From positions 1 to 37,509 of the forward strand of contig LCEQ01000004.1 of the NCBI GenBank assembly GCA_000994805.1: DNA of 37,509 bases, written 5' to 3'. This document shows, piece by piece, positions 20,574 to 29,611 of the stretch (position 1 is the first letter of the stretch; every line of letters starts with the position of its first letter). The notes under the pieces are model-generated. The model did no database searches. It was not told the origin of the DNA and was given only the letters and a program-made list of their open reading frames with translations. The DNA is from Candidatus Azambacteria bacterium GW2011_GWA2_42_9. GTDB lineage: Bacteria > Patescibacteriota > Minisyncoccia > UBA10092. The position numbers and the translations under genes were made by a program.

Positions 20574-21458
20574 ATGAAAAAAATACTTATCATTGGTTCA
20601 ACCGGAATGTTAGCTTTTGATTTAACGCGGGTTTTTAAGGAGGATTATGAAGTAATCGGCGTTAGCCGCGCCGATTTTGATATTACGGACAAATCGGCGG
20701 TTGAAAATTTTACTAAAAATCATATGCCCGACATTGTGATAAACACCGCGGCTTACCATAAAACCGAAGAGTGCGAATTAAATCCTGAAAAAAGTTTCAG
20801 CGTTAATGCCATCGGCGCTTTTAATGCGGCAAAAGCTGCTAAAGAAATCGGCGCTAAAATAATTTTTATAAGCACCGATTATGTTTTTGACGGGCGCAAA
20901 GAACATTACTCAGAATCCGACGCTCCCAATCCGCTCAATGTTTACGGCGCGTCAAAACTTGCCGGAGAAATTCTTACAAAAATTGCCAATGATAATTTTT
21001 ATATAATCAGAACCAGCTGGCTTTTTGGGATTCACAAATCGGGCAAGGGGCATAATTTTGTTTCTTTAATGCTTGAGAAAGCAAAAAATGGCGAAAATAT
21101 AAAAGTAGTTGACGACCAGTTCGGCTCCCCGACTTATACTTATGATTTAGCGGCAAAAATAAAAGAACTGATTGAGAAAAACGCGCCGGCTGACATTTAT
21201 CACATCACCAATACAAGCTCCTGTTCTTGGCATGAACTCGCCGAAAAAATTTTTGAGCTGGTGAAATTAAATCCGAAAATTGAAAAAATAAAATCAAGCG
21301 ATCGGCCGTCAAGCGTCAAAAGGCCGAAATACTCGGTTTTAATAAGCGAAAATCTAAAAAAGCAGGGGATAGACAATTTGCGTCCTTGGCCGGAAGCCCT
21401 ATCCGCCTATCTTGACGAAATAAAAAAAGCGTGTAAAATGCTCATTACCGTAAAGTAG
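20574..21458 (+). CDS. rfbD: dTDP-4-dehydrorhamnose reductase family protein
   Basis: MKKILIIGSTGMLAFDL..DITD..VINTAAYHKTEECE..ISTDYVFDG..YGASKLAGE..IIRTSWLFG is the typical RmlD pattern. I prefer the ATG at 20574 to the TTG at 20568. Confidence 0.8.
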   Translation: MKKILIIGSTGMLAFDLTRVFKEDYEVIGVSRADFDITDKSAVENFTKNHMPDIVINTAAYHKTEECELNPEKSFSVNAIGAFNAAKAAKEIGAKIIFISTDYVFDGRKEHYSESDAPNPLNVYGASKLAGEILTKIANDNFYIIRTSWLFGIHKSGKGHNFVSLMLEKAKNGENIKVVDDQFGSPTYTYDLAAKIKELIEKNAPADIYHITNTSSCSWHELAEKIFELVKLNPKIEKIKSSDRPSSVKRPKYSVLISENLKKQGIDNLRPWPEALSAYLDEIKKACKMLITVK

Positions 21459-21499
21459 TTCGTTTTTAACTCAATATTACATCAGGGTGGAGGAGAGAA

Positions 21500-22132
21500 A
21501 TGGCCGAACGACGGGTTGTAGATACAAAGACGGCTTACAATCTTGCCGTTAGAGTTCTTTGCGACACAGAATCTCTTGTGAAACCTCGAATTGCCTATTT
21601 ATTTGGGGAAACAGAATTCAATCAAAAATCCGTTTTGGATGGGGCATATGAACTTTACAGGAAATTAAATAGCGCGATTTTTATTAGCATGATGGGTGGC
21701 GATCCTATAGTCGGCTATCCAGGTTTTAATAAATGGGAATTGGAGTTACGTTCTCGTGGAATTGCAAGATCAAATATATTTTCAGTTGAACCGTTGCCAA
21801 AACCGAATAGTTTCACCGAAGCTCAAGGAATAGTGCGTTTGGCTAAAAATAAGGGTTGGCCGAGCTTATACATTATTGCTCCGCCATTCCACCAAGCCAG
21901 ATTTTTTATTTCGGCAGTAACAGTCGCTCTTTCCGAATATCCGGAATTGAAGATTTATAATAAAGTTGGTGTAACTTTGGATTGGAATGAATGGGGAGTT
22001 CATTCACAAGGCGTTCTTACGGGGGCGCGGAAAGATTTTATAGACAGCGAATGGGACAGAATTGAAAAATATATGAATCTCGTTTCTCCGGAAGAAGCTC
22101 TTAGGTATTTGGAAAATCGTGACAAATCTTAA
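21500..22132 (+). CDS. YdcF/DUF218-like (SanA/ElyC-type) envelope-associated protein
   Basis: 210 aa. NSFTEAQGIVRLAKNKGWPSLYIIAPPFHQARF resembles the DUF218 pattern (T-x-E-x-A ... hydrophobic-V-T-x-x-x-H-x-x-R). A strong SD, GGAGGAG, lies 6-12 nt upstream. It is flanked by the only sizeable spacers of the long operon. Confidence 0.45.
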   Translation: MAERRVVDTKTAYNLAVRVLCDTESLVKPRIAYLFGETEFNQKSVLDGAYELYRKLNSAIFISMMGGDPIVGYPGFNKWELELRSRGIARSNIFSVEPLPKPNSFTEAQGIVRLAKNKGWPSLYIIAPPFHQARFFISAVTVALSEYPELKIYNKVGVTLDWNEWGVHSQGVLTGARKDFIDSEWDRIEKYMNLVSPEEALRYLENRDKS

Positions 22133-22235
22133 TTAGTATGATGAGCTCTATGGCAAATTGCCATGGAGTTTTATTTTGCTTGAAAATATTCGGTTTAAGA
22201 GTTATTATTCAATTATTAAGATTTATTTTAAATAC

Positions 22236-22625
22236 ATGCTTCAATTTTACGAATACAGGACCCATAGCGATCACAGAAGAAGCGGTTCTTATGATATTAT
22301 TCCCGGAGTGGAAGGCGATTTTAATTTTACCAAGCATCCGGCCGGCGTCATTCCTGAAGAGCTTCACATGCACAAAAGGCAGACCGACCATTTTGCCGTG
22401 GTTTCCGGCAAGGTGATGTTCCGGCTTGTTTCCGAAGATGGAAAGGAAGAAAAATTCGTAATGACCGATAAGGACAATAAAACCTTAATTATTCCGCCCG
22501 GCGTTTGGCATAGTTATATGGCGCTCGAACCGTCAATAATGGCTTTTTACTTAAGTCATAAATATGACGCGTCCGATGAATTTAAAAAGAAAACCGACCC
22601 GTCAGAATGGGCCTTGCCTAAATGA
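22236..22625 (+). CDS. Small cupin-fold NDP-sugar epimerase/isomerase (RmlC-like)
   Basis: 129 aa from the ATG at 22236. ELHMHKRQTDHFAVVSGKVMFRLV...LIIPPGVWHSYMAL is the cupin His/beta-barrel pattern seen in RmlC/FdtA-like enzymes. The upstream 26 codons of the track ORF are low complexity and overlap a promoter-like TTGAAA(22180-22185)-17 nt-TATTAT(22203-22208). Confidence 0.55.
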   Translation: MLQFYEYRTHSDHRRSGSYDIIPGVEGDFNFTKHPAGVIPEELHMHKRQTDHFAVVSGKVMFRLVSEDGKEEKFVMTDKDNKTLIIPPGVWHSYMALEPSIMAFYLSHKYDASDEFKKKTDPSEWALPK

Positions 22626-24208
22626 TGATTGAAAAAATAAAGACGCATAAAATGGAAATTTTCGGCCTTATAGCTATTTTATTAATGGCCGGTTTTTTCT
22701 ATTTTTACAATATTACCCAAAAAGGACTCTTTGGATACGATGAGGCGTTCCAACTGTTAACGGGTAATTCTTACGCCCAAATACCTAAAATAGGCGTTAA
22801 TTACTTGCTCGGCAGGGGCGCTCTCGGTGACTTAACCGCGAAATATTTGCCGGGGAATGTATTTTTTCAAATGAGCACGCGGCCGCCATTCGCGTTTTTA
22901 AACGCCCTTGGCATAATGATTTTCGGCTATCATGATTATTCAATATTCGTTATGGACGGCATCTTGGGCCTCGGGTCAATTATTGTTTTGTATTTTATCG
23001 CCCAAAAAATAACCAAAAATTATAAATTGGCGCTTCTTTCCGCGTTTTTATTTGGAATTTCCGGCTACCAAATTTATGCCGCGAGAGGCGCTTTCTCAAC
23101 GATACTGGCCGGTTTTTTCGCGCTTTGCGGCTCCTTTTTTTATATCCGGAATATAGACGATAAAAGTTATAAAGAGGGACTGAACTTAAAATCCGATCTT
23201 ATGATTGCCGGATTTTTCTGGGGGTTGATGTTCGCGTCTCATTATAGCAGCCTTTTCTTTTTGATGTCGGTCGGTATTTTTGAAATTCTGATGTTTTATC
23301 TTTCGGCGCCGGGATCTTTTAAGATTTTTTTCAAGCGCCTTGCGTTTTTAGCCATTTCGTTTCTGGGCGTTGTATTTTTTATTGAAATCCTGCTCCAATT
23401 AATATCCTATCTTTTAATGAAAGTGGGCTATCCGCATCGTGTTGTTTCATATTTCTACGAGCTTCGGAGATTTTTCAGAGGCGATTTGGTCGGCGATATG
23501 TACAATATCAAGCCGCAGGATTTGTGGTTTTATGGCCGGATGATTAACATTTTGAACGGCTTGCCGTACCTTATTTTATTTTTAATCAGCCCCGTCGTGT
23601 TTTTTTGGAAAAAATATCGGCATAATTTATCTTTAGTATTTGTTTTTTTTGTCGCAATGGGCATGTTTCTGTTTGCGAGTTTAAACGGGTTTGCGGTTCC
23701 AAGGGCCATGGTCCAGATAAATGGGCTTGTCAGTTTACTGGCAGCTTTGGTTTTTTGGGAAATTTTCCATCTCTTGAAAAAGAATTATAAGGGTTTTGCT
23801 TATTTTCTTTTTATAATACTGTTGATTTTTCAAATGCGGATAAATTGGGGGATTTTAAATCTTAAAAGCGGCTACAAAGAAGTGGCCGAGTTTTTATCTA
23901 AAGAAAATATTCCCGCGGAAGATATTTATACCGAGACCTGGCCCATTTTTTCATTTTACCTAAATAAAAAAACCCAAATTTTCAACAATAACGCTCGGAC
24001 AATTTATTATGTGGCCGAGTATCACGAAAACAAGTCTGTTGATTCTTATGATTTCAATATAATCAGCCAGGGAGAACTGCTGGCGACGTTTGACAATCCG
24101 ATAGGCAGATTTTCGCCGGTAAGGGCGGAAGTGTGGGTCCCGAGGCCCCCCACCAAATGGCCGGCGGCGGAACTGGATAAAATTAAAATCTATAAAGTGC
24201 ATAGGTGA
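22622..24208 (+). CDS. Large polytopic membrane protein, GT-C-like glycosyltransferase candidate
   Basis: 528 aa. TM1 is followed by the acidic loop GLFGYDEAFQLLTGNSY. There are more than 10 hydrophobic segments and a soluble C-terminal ~120 aa. ATGA overlap with the upstream gene. Confidence 0.45.
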   Translation: MMIEKIKTHKMEIFGLIAILLMAGFFYFYNITQKGLFGYDEAFQLLTGNSYAQIPKIGVNYLLGRGALGDLTAKYLPGNVFFQMSTRPPFAFLNALGIMIFGYHDYSIFVMDGILGLGSIIVLYFIAQKITKNYKLALLSAFLFGISGYQIYAARGAFSTILAGFFALCGSFFYIRNIDDKSYKEGLNLKSDLMIAGFFWGLMFASHYSSLFFLMSVGIFEILMFYLSAPGSFKIFFKRLAFLAISFLGVVFFIEILLQLISYLLMKVGYPHRVVSYFYELRRFFRGDLVGDMYNIKPQDLWFYGRMINILNGLPYLILFLISPVVFFWKKYRHNLSLVFVFFVAMGMFLFASLNGFAVPRAMVQINGLVSLLAALVFWEIFHLLKKNYKGFAYFLFIILLIFQMRINWGILNLKSGYKEVAEFLSKENIPAEDIYTETWPIFSFYLNKKTQIFNNNARTIYYVAEYHENKSVDSYDFNIISQGELLATFDNPIGRFSPVRAEVWVPRPPTKWPAAELDKIKIYKVHR

Positions 24209-25260
24209 AACTTTTAATTATTACCCAAAAATACGACACCAACGATTCGGTTTTAGGAGTCTTTAATGACTGGTGGGATAAATTGGCCGGAAAATTGGAC
24301 GGGGTGCGCATTTTAGCGCTTGAAAAAAAATCCGAGCCGATATCGCCGAACATTGAAGTTGTCAGTATGGGCAAAGAAAGAGGCGTTGGATTTTTTGGAA
24401 AAATTATTGGTTTTTATGTCGGTCTTTTTAAAACCGTCGGTAAAATTGACGCTATATTGGTTTCTATGATTCCCAAATACGTTATTTTAGCGGCACCCAT
24501 TGCCTGGCTTTGCGGGAAACCTATTTATCTGTGGTACACGGGAGTTTCTGTTCATTGGCAGTTGCGGCTGGCAGTTTTATTTTGCAAAAAAGTTTTTACC
24601 GCCCATGAGGCGGCGATGAGAATTGATACGCCGAAGAGGATTATTACCGGCCATGGAATTAACGTTGATAGATTTAAGATTCATGATTTAAGATTTAAGA
24701 ATGAAGATATCATTACAATTTTGTCGGTAGGAAGAATTACGCCAAGTAAGGGGCACGATTTAATCATTCGGGCCGTTTCGGATTTGATAAAATCCGGTTA
24801 TGATTTGAAACTTAAAATTATCGGTGGCAGTATTCAAGAATATCACCGGATTTACGAACAATCTCTTAAAAAAATGGCTCATGATTTTAGCATCGGAGAA
24901 AAAGTGGAATTTTCTGGCGCGATTTCTTACGATAAAATGCCCGATATTTTTGAAAAATCCCAAGTTTTGATAAACGCTGTTCCTTACGGCGGGCTTGATA
25001 AAGTTGTTTTAGAAGCGATGGCTTCGGGTATTGTGCCTTTAACTTCCAACAACGCTTTTCATTCAGTTTTTCCCGGAGATTTCGCCGCCCAACTTGTTTT
25101 TAAAGAAAATGATTCAGAAGATTTAAAAATGAAATTAAAAAATATTTTAGATAAAAAACTTTACCAAAATGACGAATTGCGCGACACGCTCAGAAATATT
25201 GTTGTTAAAAATCACAATCTGTATAATCTAATAAAGAGAATAGTAAAGGAGATGGCTTAA
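24205..25260 (+). CDS. GT4-family glycosyltransferase
   Basis: 351 aa with a GTG start. LSVGRITPSKGHD...GGLDKVVLEAMASGIVPLTSN. Confidence 0.7.
   Translation: MKLLIITQKYDTNDSVLGVFNDWWDKLAGKLDGVRILALEKKSEPISPNIEVVSMGKERGVGFFGKIIGFYVGLFKTVGKIDAILVSMIPKYVILAAPIAWLCGKPIYLWYTGVSVHWQLRLAVLFCKKVFTAHEAAMRIDTPKRIITGHGINVDRFKIHDLRFKNEDIITILSVGRITPSKGHDLIIRAVSDLIKSGYDLKLKIIGGSIQEYHRIYEQSLKKMAHDFSIGEKVEFSGAISYDKMPDIFEKSQVLINAVPYGGLDKVVLEAMASGIVPLTSNNAFHSVFPGDFAAQLVFKENDSEDLKMKLKNILDKKLYQNDELRDTLRNIVVKNHNLYNLIKRIVKEMA
24671..24705 (+). repeat. Imperfect heptanucleotide array (GATTTAA-like x5) inside the GT4 CDS
   Basis: GATTTAA GATTCAT GATTTAA GATTTAA GAATGAA read directly, equivalent to two 14-nt units at 12/14 identity. 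It encodes RFKIHDLRFKNE, just before the C-terminal Rossmann domain. Confidence 0.8.
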
Positions 25261-25854
25261 ATGGATTATTTTTCCACAAATTACAACGATGAAAAAAGAT
25301 GGATGAGTTATTGGCATCAAATTAGAGAAGTTGCGGCCTTCAATCCTCAAAACGTTTTAATCATTGGAAAGGGCAATGGATTGGTTTTAGAATATCTTAA
25401 ATTAGCCGGTATCAAAACCGCATCCTTGGATATTGATGAATCTTTGAAACCCGATGTTGTAGCCTCTGTTTTAAACATGCCGTTTGGCGAAAGTCAGTTT
25501 GATGTTGTGCTTTGCGCCCAAGTGCTGGAACACTTGCCTTACGAAGACTTCGGCAAATCGCTTGCAGAAATTAGAAGAACGGCAAAATTCGGCACTGTGA
25601 TATCCCTGCCCCATTTCGGGCCGGTAATCAAATTTTTCCTGAAAATTCCTTTTTTGCCGCCTTTAAGATTTATGGTCAAGCTGCCTTACCCAAAAAAGCA
25701 TGTGTTTAAAGGAGAGCATTATTGGGAAATAGGCAAAAAAAATTATCCGCTTAAAAAAATAAAGGCCGAAATCAAAAAATCCGGATTTTTAATCGAAAAA
25801 GATTATATCGTTTTTGAGAATCCGCTACATCACTTTTTCGTTTTAAAGAAGTGA
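25261..25854 (+). CDS. Class I SAM-dependent methyltransferase (Methyltransf_11-like)
   Basis: 197 aa. VLIIGKGNG (degenerate motif I) and FDVVLCAQVLEHLPYEDF. Confidence 0.55.
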   Translation: MDYFSTNYNDEKRWMSYWHQIREVAAFNPQNVLIIGKGNGLVLEYLKLAGIKTASLDIDESLKPDVVASVLNMPFGESQFDVVLCAQVLEHLPYEDFGKSLAEIRRTAKFGTVISLPHFGPVIKFFLKIPFLPPLRFMVKLPYPKKHVFKGEHYWEIGKKNYPLKKIKAEIKKSGFLIEKDYIVFENPLHHFFVLKK

Positions 25855-26993
25855 AAATCATATACATAACCAACAATCGGATGCCGAGCGAAAAGGCTCA
25901 CAGTTTTCAAGTGATAAAGATGTGCGAATCATTTTTTAATGCCGGCATAAAAATAGAATTATGGGTTCCAAAACGTTTTAATGCTATAAAAGAGGATCCT
26001 TTTATTTATTATAATATCCGCCCCGTTTTTAAAATCATAAAAATTCCGGTTATCGACCCGATTCCGCTTGAAATAATTTTTGGCCATGTTGCTAATTTGA
26101 TAGAATCGTTAACATTTGCCCTGTCTGGTTATTGGCGACTAAGAAAGAATAAAGAATGCTCGGTTTATTCTCGAGACCAATTTATTCTATGGTTTTTAAG
26201 TTTTTCTAAAAATCGGTTTATCTATGAGATCCACAGTTTTCCCGGCAAGCCGTTTTTTTACGATCGGATTTGGAAGAAAGCAGATAAAATTATCGCCATT
26301 ACCGCCGCGCTTAAACAAAAAATTGTTGAACGAGGTATTGATGGCGGAAAAATTTTAGTCGCTCCCGACGCGGTTGATTTGGCAGCGTTTGATGCCGTAA
26401 AGACAGATAAAGAGGAGTTGAAAATGGAACTCGGATTGCCGAAAGAATTTTTAGTCGGCTATGTTGGGCGATTCAAAACTTTGGGGATGGAAAAAGGAAT
26501 AAAAAATATGATTGAGGTATTACCGATGCTCGGTAGCGACATAAAAATGGTTTTTGTCGGCGGAGAAGAACAGGAGATTAAAGAATATAAAATGCTTGCC
26601 GGACGGCTTAATGTTTTGCCCCAATGCGTATTTATCGGTTATCAGTCGTATTCAAAAATTATAAAATACACCAAAGCAATGGACGCTGTAGTAATCCCTT
26701 TTCCTAATAAGTTACATTACGCCTATTACGCTTCGCCGCTCAAGCTTTTTGAATACATGGCCAGCGGCCGGCCGATTATCTCGTCGGATTTGCCGGCTCT
26801 TCGGGAGGTTTTAAATGATAAAAACGCTTTATTTTTTAAGCCCGAAGACGCGGCCGGACTGGCTAGGGCAATAAAAATGATAAAATCCAGCCAGATGCTC
26901 GGCTATCATTTGAGCCGTCAGGCGCTGGCTGATGTTAAAGAATATACCTGGGACAACCGCGCAAAAAATATTCTTAATTTTATTCAACAATAA
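25851..26993 (+). CDS. GT4-family glycosyltransferase
   Basis: 380 aa with a GTG start (MKIIYITNNRMPSEKAHSFQV). SPLKLFEYMASGRPIISSDLPALREVLNDKNALFFKPED. Confidence 0.75.
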   Translation: MKIIYITNNRMPSEKAHSFQVIKMCESFFNAGIKIELWVPKRFNAIKEDPFIYYNIRPVFKIIKIPVIDPIPLEIIFGHVANLIESLTFALSGYWRLRKNKECSVYSRDQFILWFLSFSKNRFIYEIHSFPGKPFFYDRIWKKADKIIAITAALKQKIVERGIDGGKILVAPDAVDLAAFDAVKTDKEELKMELGLPKEFLVGYVGRFKTLGMEKGIKNMIEVLPMLGSDIKMVFVGGEEQEIKEYKMLAGRLNVLPQCVFIGYQSYSKIIKYTKAMDAVVIPFPNKLHYAYYASPLKLFEYMASGRPIISSDLPALREVLNDKNALFFKPEDAAGLARAIKMIKSSQMLGYHLSRQALADVKEYTWDNRAKNILNFIQQ

Positions 26994-27868
26994 TGAAATA
27001 CAAGTTAGTTTTAATTATCGGCTCCACTGGTTTATTGGCATTTGATTTAATAAGAATTTTTAAGGAAGACGATAGTTATAAAGTAATTGGATCAAACCAT
27101 GATGATTTTGATGTTGCAGACAAACAAGCGACGGAAAAATTCATAGCGCTGATCAATCCGGATATTGTCATTAATACTGCCGGCTTTATCAAGGTTGACG
27201 AATGTGAACGGGATCCAAAAAAAAGTTTTAAAGTAAATGCCATTGGGGCCCACAATGTTGCTGCGGCGGCGAAAGCCATTAGTGCTGTAAATATTTACAT
27301 CAGCACCAGTTATATTTTTGATGGGAATAAAAAATCTTTTTCTGAAAATAGCGTCCCAAACCCAGTAAACATTTACGGCGCTTCCAAATTAGCCGGAGAA
27401 ATTCTCACCAAAATTATTGGCGGAAAGTATTACATAATTAGAACCAGTTGGCTTTATGGAATTCGACGTCAAGATTCTGATTTTATTGCGCAGGTTATTG
27501 AACCGGCAAAAAAAGGCGAAGCAATAAAAGTTATTATTGATCAATTCGGCACGTTGACATACACTTTGGATTTGGCGCTGAAAATCAAAGAACTTATTGA
27601 TAAAAAAGCGTCAAGCGGCGTCTATCATATTACTAATTCTGGTTCTTCTTCTTGGCGTGGATTTGCCGAAAAAATTATTAAATCGTGTAAAATCCATGCG
27701 AAACTTATTTCCGTAAAGCTTGCCGAAAGAAGTCCAATTATTAAAAAACCAAAATATTCAGTTTTAACAAGTGTAAATCTTAAAAAAGCCGGAATTCAAA
27801 AATTAAGGCCTTGGGAAGAAGCCCTAAAAGATTATTTGACTGAAATTCGCGACTCATTAATACTATAA
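26993..27868 (+). CDS. Second RmlD-family NDP-4-ketohexose reductase paralogue
   Basis: 291 aa, colinear with the 20574 product at roughly 55-60% identity by eye (LIIGSTGLLAFDL, VINTAGF.KVDECE, NAIGA, ISTSYIFDG, YGASKLAGEILTKI, IIRTSWLYG, KKPKYSVL). Confidence 0.75.
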   Translation: MKYKLVLIIGSTGLLAFDLIRIFKEDDSYKVIGSNHDDFDVADKQATEKFIALINPDIVINTAGFIKVDECERDPKKSFKVNAIGAHNVAAAAKAISAVNIYISTSYIFDGNKKSFSENSVPNPVNIYGASKLAGEILTKIIGGKYYIIRTSWLYGIRRQDSDFIAQVIEPAKKGEAIKVIIDQFGTLTYTLDLALKIKELIDKKASSGVYHITNSGSSSWRGFAEKIIKSCKIHAKLISVKLAERSPIIKKPKYSVLTSVNLKKAGIQKLRPWEEALKDYLTEIRDSLIL

Positions 27869-27875
27869 TTAATTT

Positions 27876-28895
27876 ATGAAATTTTTAATCACCGGAGGGT
27901 GTGGTTTTCTTGGGACGAATATTTCGGAAGCCCTTCTTAAGCAAAATAAAAAACTGATTATTTTTGATAATTTATCTCGGATTGGATCGGAGCAAAATTT
28001 AGATTGGTTGAAACATAGAGGAGAATTCAGATTTATAAATGGCGATATTCGCAACCAGAATGATATTGAGGCGGCTATTATTGCCGAACAGCCGGATGTT
28101 GTGATTCACTTAGCGGGTCAGGTTGCTATGACTACTTCAATTGAAAATCCAAGAAAAGATTTTGAAATAAACACCTTAGGATCATTTAATCTTCTCGATT
28201 CAGTTCGGAAATATTCGCCTCGCTCAATAATTATTTATTCGTCTACTAATAAGGTTTATGGCGACCTGGAGTGGGTCAGATATGAAGAAAAAGAAAAAAG
28301 ATATATTGCTCCGGACTTTCTCTTGGGTTTTGGGGAAGATACTCCGCTTCAATTTTCTTCCCCGTATGGTTGTTCAAAAGGAAGCGCTGATCAATATTTT
28401 ATTGATGCATATCGGATATTTGGCATTAAAACCGTAGTTTTGCGGCATTCTTCTATGTTTGGCGAAAGACAATTTTCAACATTTGATCAAGGATGGATTG
28501 GTTGGTTTTGCGAAAAAGCTCTCGAAACCAAAAAGGACATCCTTAACATACCGTTCACAATATCCGGCAATGGGAAACAAGTTCGGGACGTCTTATTTGC
28601 CGGTGATATGGTTAATTTATATTTTTTATTAATTGATAATATTGAAAAGGTTAAGGGTCAATGTTTTAATATTGGCGGGGGAATGAATAATAGCCTCTCT
28701 CTGTTGGAACTATTTGATATTTTAGAAAAGGAATTAAAAATTAAACTAAAATACACCCGCCTTGAAGCCAGGAAAAGCGATCAGAAAATATTTGTAGCCG
28801 ATCTTACAAAAATAAAAAACATGACCAGTTGGGAGCCAAAAGTGGATAAAGTTGAGGGTATTAAAAAAATACTTGAGTGGATTCAAAATAAATAA
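27876..28895 (+). CDS. rfbE: CDP-paratose 2-epimerase-like SDR (tyvelose-epimerase family)
   Basis: 339 aa. MKFLITGGCGFLGTN..IFDNLSRIGSEQNLDWL..HLAGQVAMTTSIENP..YSSTNKVYGDLE..SPYGCSKGSADQY..FDQGWIGWFCEKA..FTISGNGKQVRDVL closely follows the Salmonella RfbE sequence as I recall it. Confidence 0.75.
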   Translation: MKFLITGGCGFLGTNISEALLKQNKKLIIFDNLSRIGSEQNLDWLKHRGEFRFINGDIRNQNDIEAAIIAEQPDVVIHLAGQVAMTTSIENPRKDFEINTLGSFNLLDSVRKYSPRSIIIYSSTNKVYGDLEWVRYEEKEKRYIAPDFLLGFGEDTPLQFSSPYGCSKGSADQYFIDAYRIFGIKTVVLRHSSMFGERQFSTFDQGWIGWFCEKALETKKDILNIPFTISGNGKQVRDVLFAGDMVNLYFLLIDNIEKVKGQCFNIGGGMNNSLSLLELFDILEKELKIKLKYTRLEARKSDQKIFVADLTKIKNMTSWEPKVDKVEGIKKILEWIQNK

Positions 28896-28903
28896 TACGC
28901 ACC

Positions 28904-29599
28904 ATGGTAGTATTAAGCGTTGCCATTCCTTCTTACCAAGAAGAAAAAAACCTAAAAGTTATTTTACCTAAATTACTTTCAGTGTTGGATAAAATTGAAC
29001 CATCATACGAGGTTCTTATTGTTGATACCATGGAGCCAATGGATAAAACTAAAATTTTATGTTCTACTTTTGGCCTTCGTCTTAGATACTTAAATCGAAA
29101 AAAAGTAAATAGTTTTGGTAATGGCGTTAGAACCGGCATCGCAGAAGCTCAAGGAAAATATATTATTTTTATGGATGCTGACGGTTCTCATGATCCGGAA
29201 TTTATTAGTGAACTTTATAAATATAAGGATGAATTTGACGTTGTCATTGCTTCTCGCTATATTACCGGTGGTGCAACAAAGAATAGTAAAATATTAATTT
29301 TCATGAGTCGAGTGGTTAATTTAATTTATTCTTTTGTCTTAAATTTAAATTGCTACGACGTTTCTAATAGTTTCAAATTGTACAAAACCGGAGATTTAAA
29401 AAAACTTAAACTTTCATGTAGCAATTTTGACATTGTAGAGGAAATTCTTTTTAAGCTGAAAAGAGATAATAAAAATCTGACAATAAAAGAAGTACCATTC
29501 ACATTTGATAAAAGAATGTTCGGCAAGACAAAGAGAAATTTATTTATCTTTACACTAACCTATATATATACGTTGATTAAATTGAGATTTAGTAAATAG
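28904..29599 (+). CDS. GT2-family polyprenol-phosphate glycosyltransferase (Dpm1-like), second copy
   Basis: 231 aa. LSVAIPSYQEEKNL..YEVLIVDT..GNGVRTGIAEAQGKYIIFMDADGSHDPEFI. Confidence 0.7.
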   Translation: MVVLSVAIPSYQEEKNLKVILPKLLSVLDKIEPSYEVLIVDTMEPMDKTKILCSTFGLRLRYLNRKKVNSFGNGVRTGIAEAQGKYIIFMDADGSHDPEFISELYKYKDEFDVVIASRYITGGATKNSKILIFMSRVVNLIYSFVLNLNCYDVSNSFKLYKTGDLKKLKLSCSNFDIVEEILFKLKRDNKNLTIKEVPFTFDKRMFGKTKRNLFIFTLTYIYTLIKLRFSK

Positions 29600-29611
29600 G
29601 GTTAATCAGCA

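Noticed and set aside
22138-22416. 92-aa ORF and the 5' extension of the cupin ORF (22158-22235)
   Set aside because: It overlaps the better-supported cupin frame and the promoter-like spacer, and has no recognisable motifs.
29600-29611. Bidirectional terminator between the convergent genes at 29599/29612, and likewise at 7342-7364
   Set aside because: The spacers are 12 and 23 nt and contain no stem-loop that I could draw.
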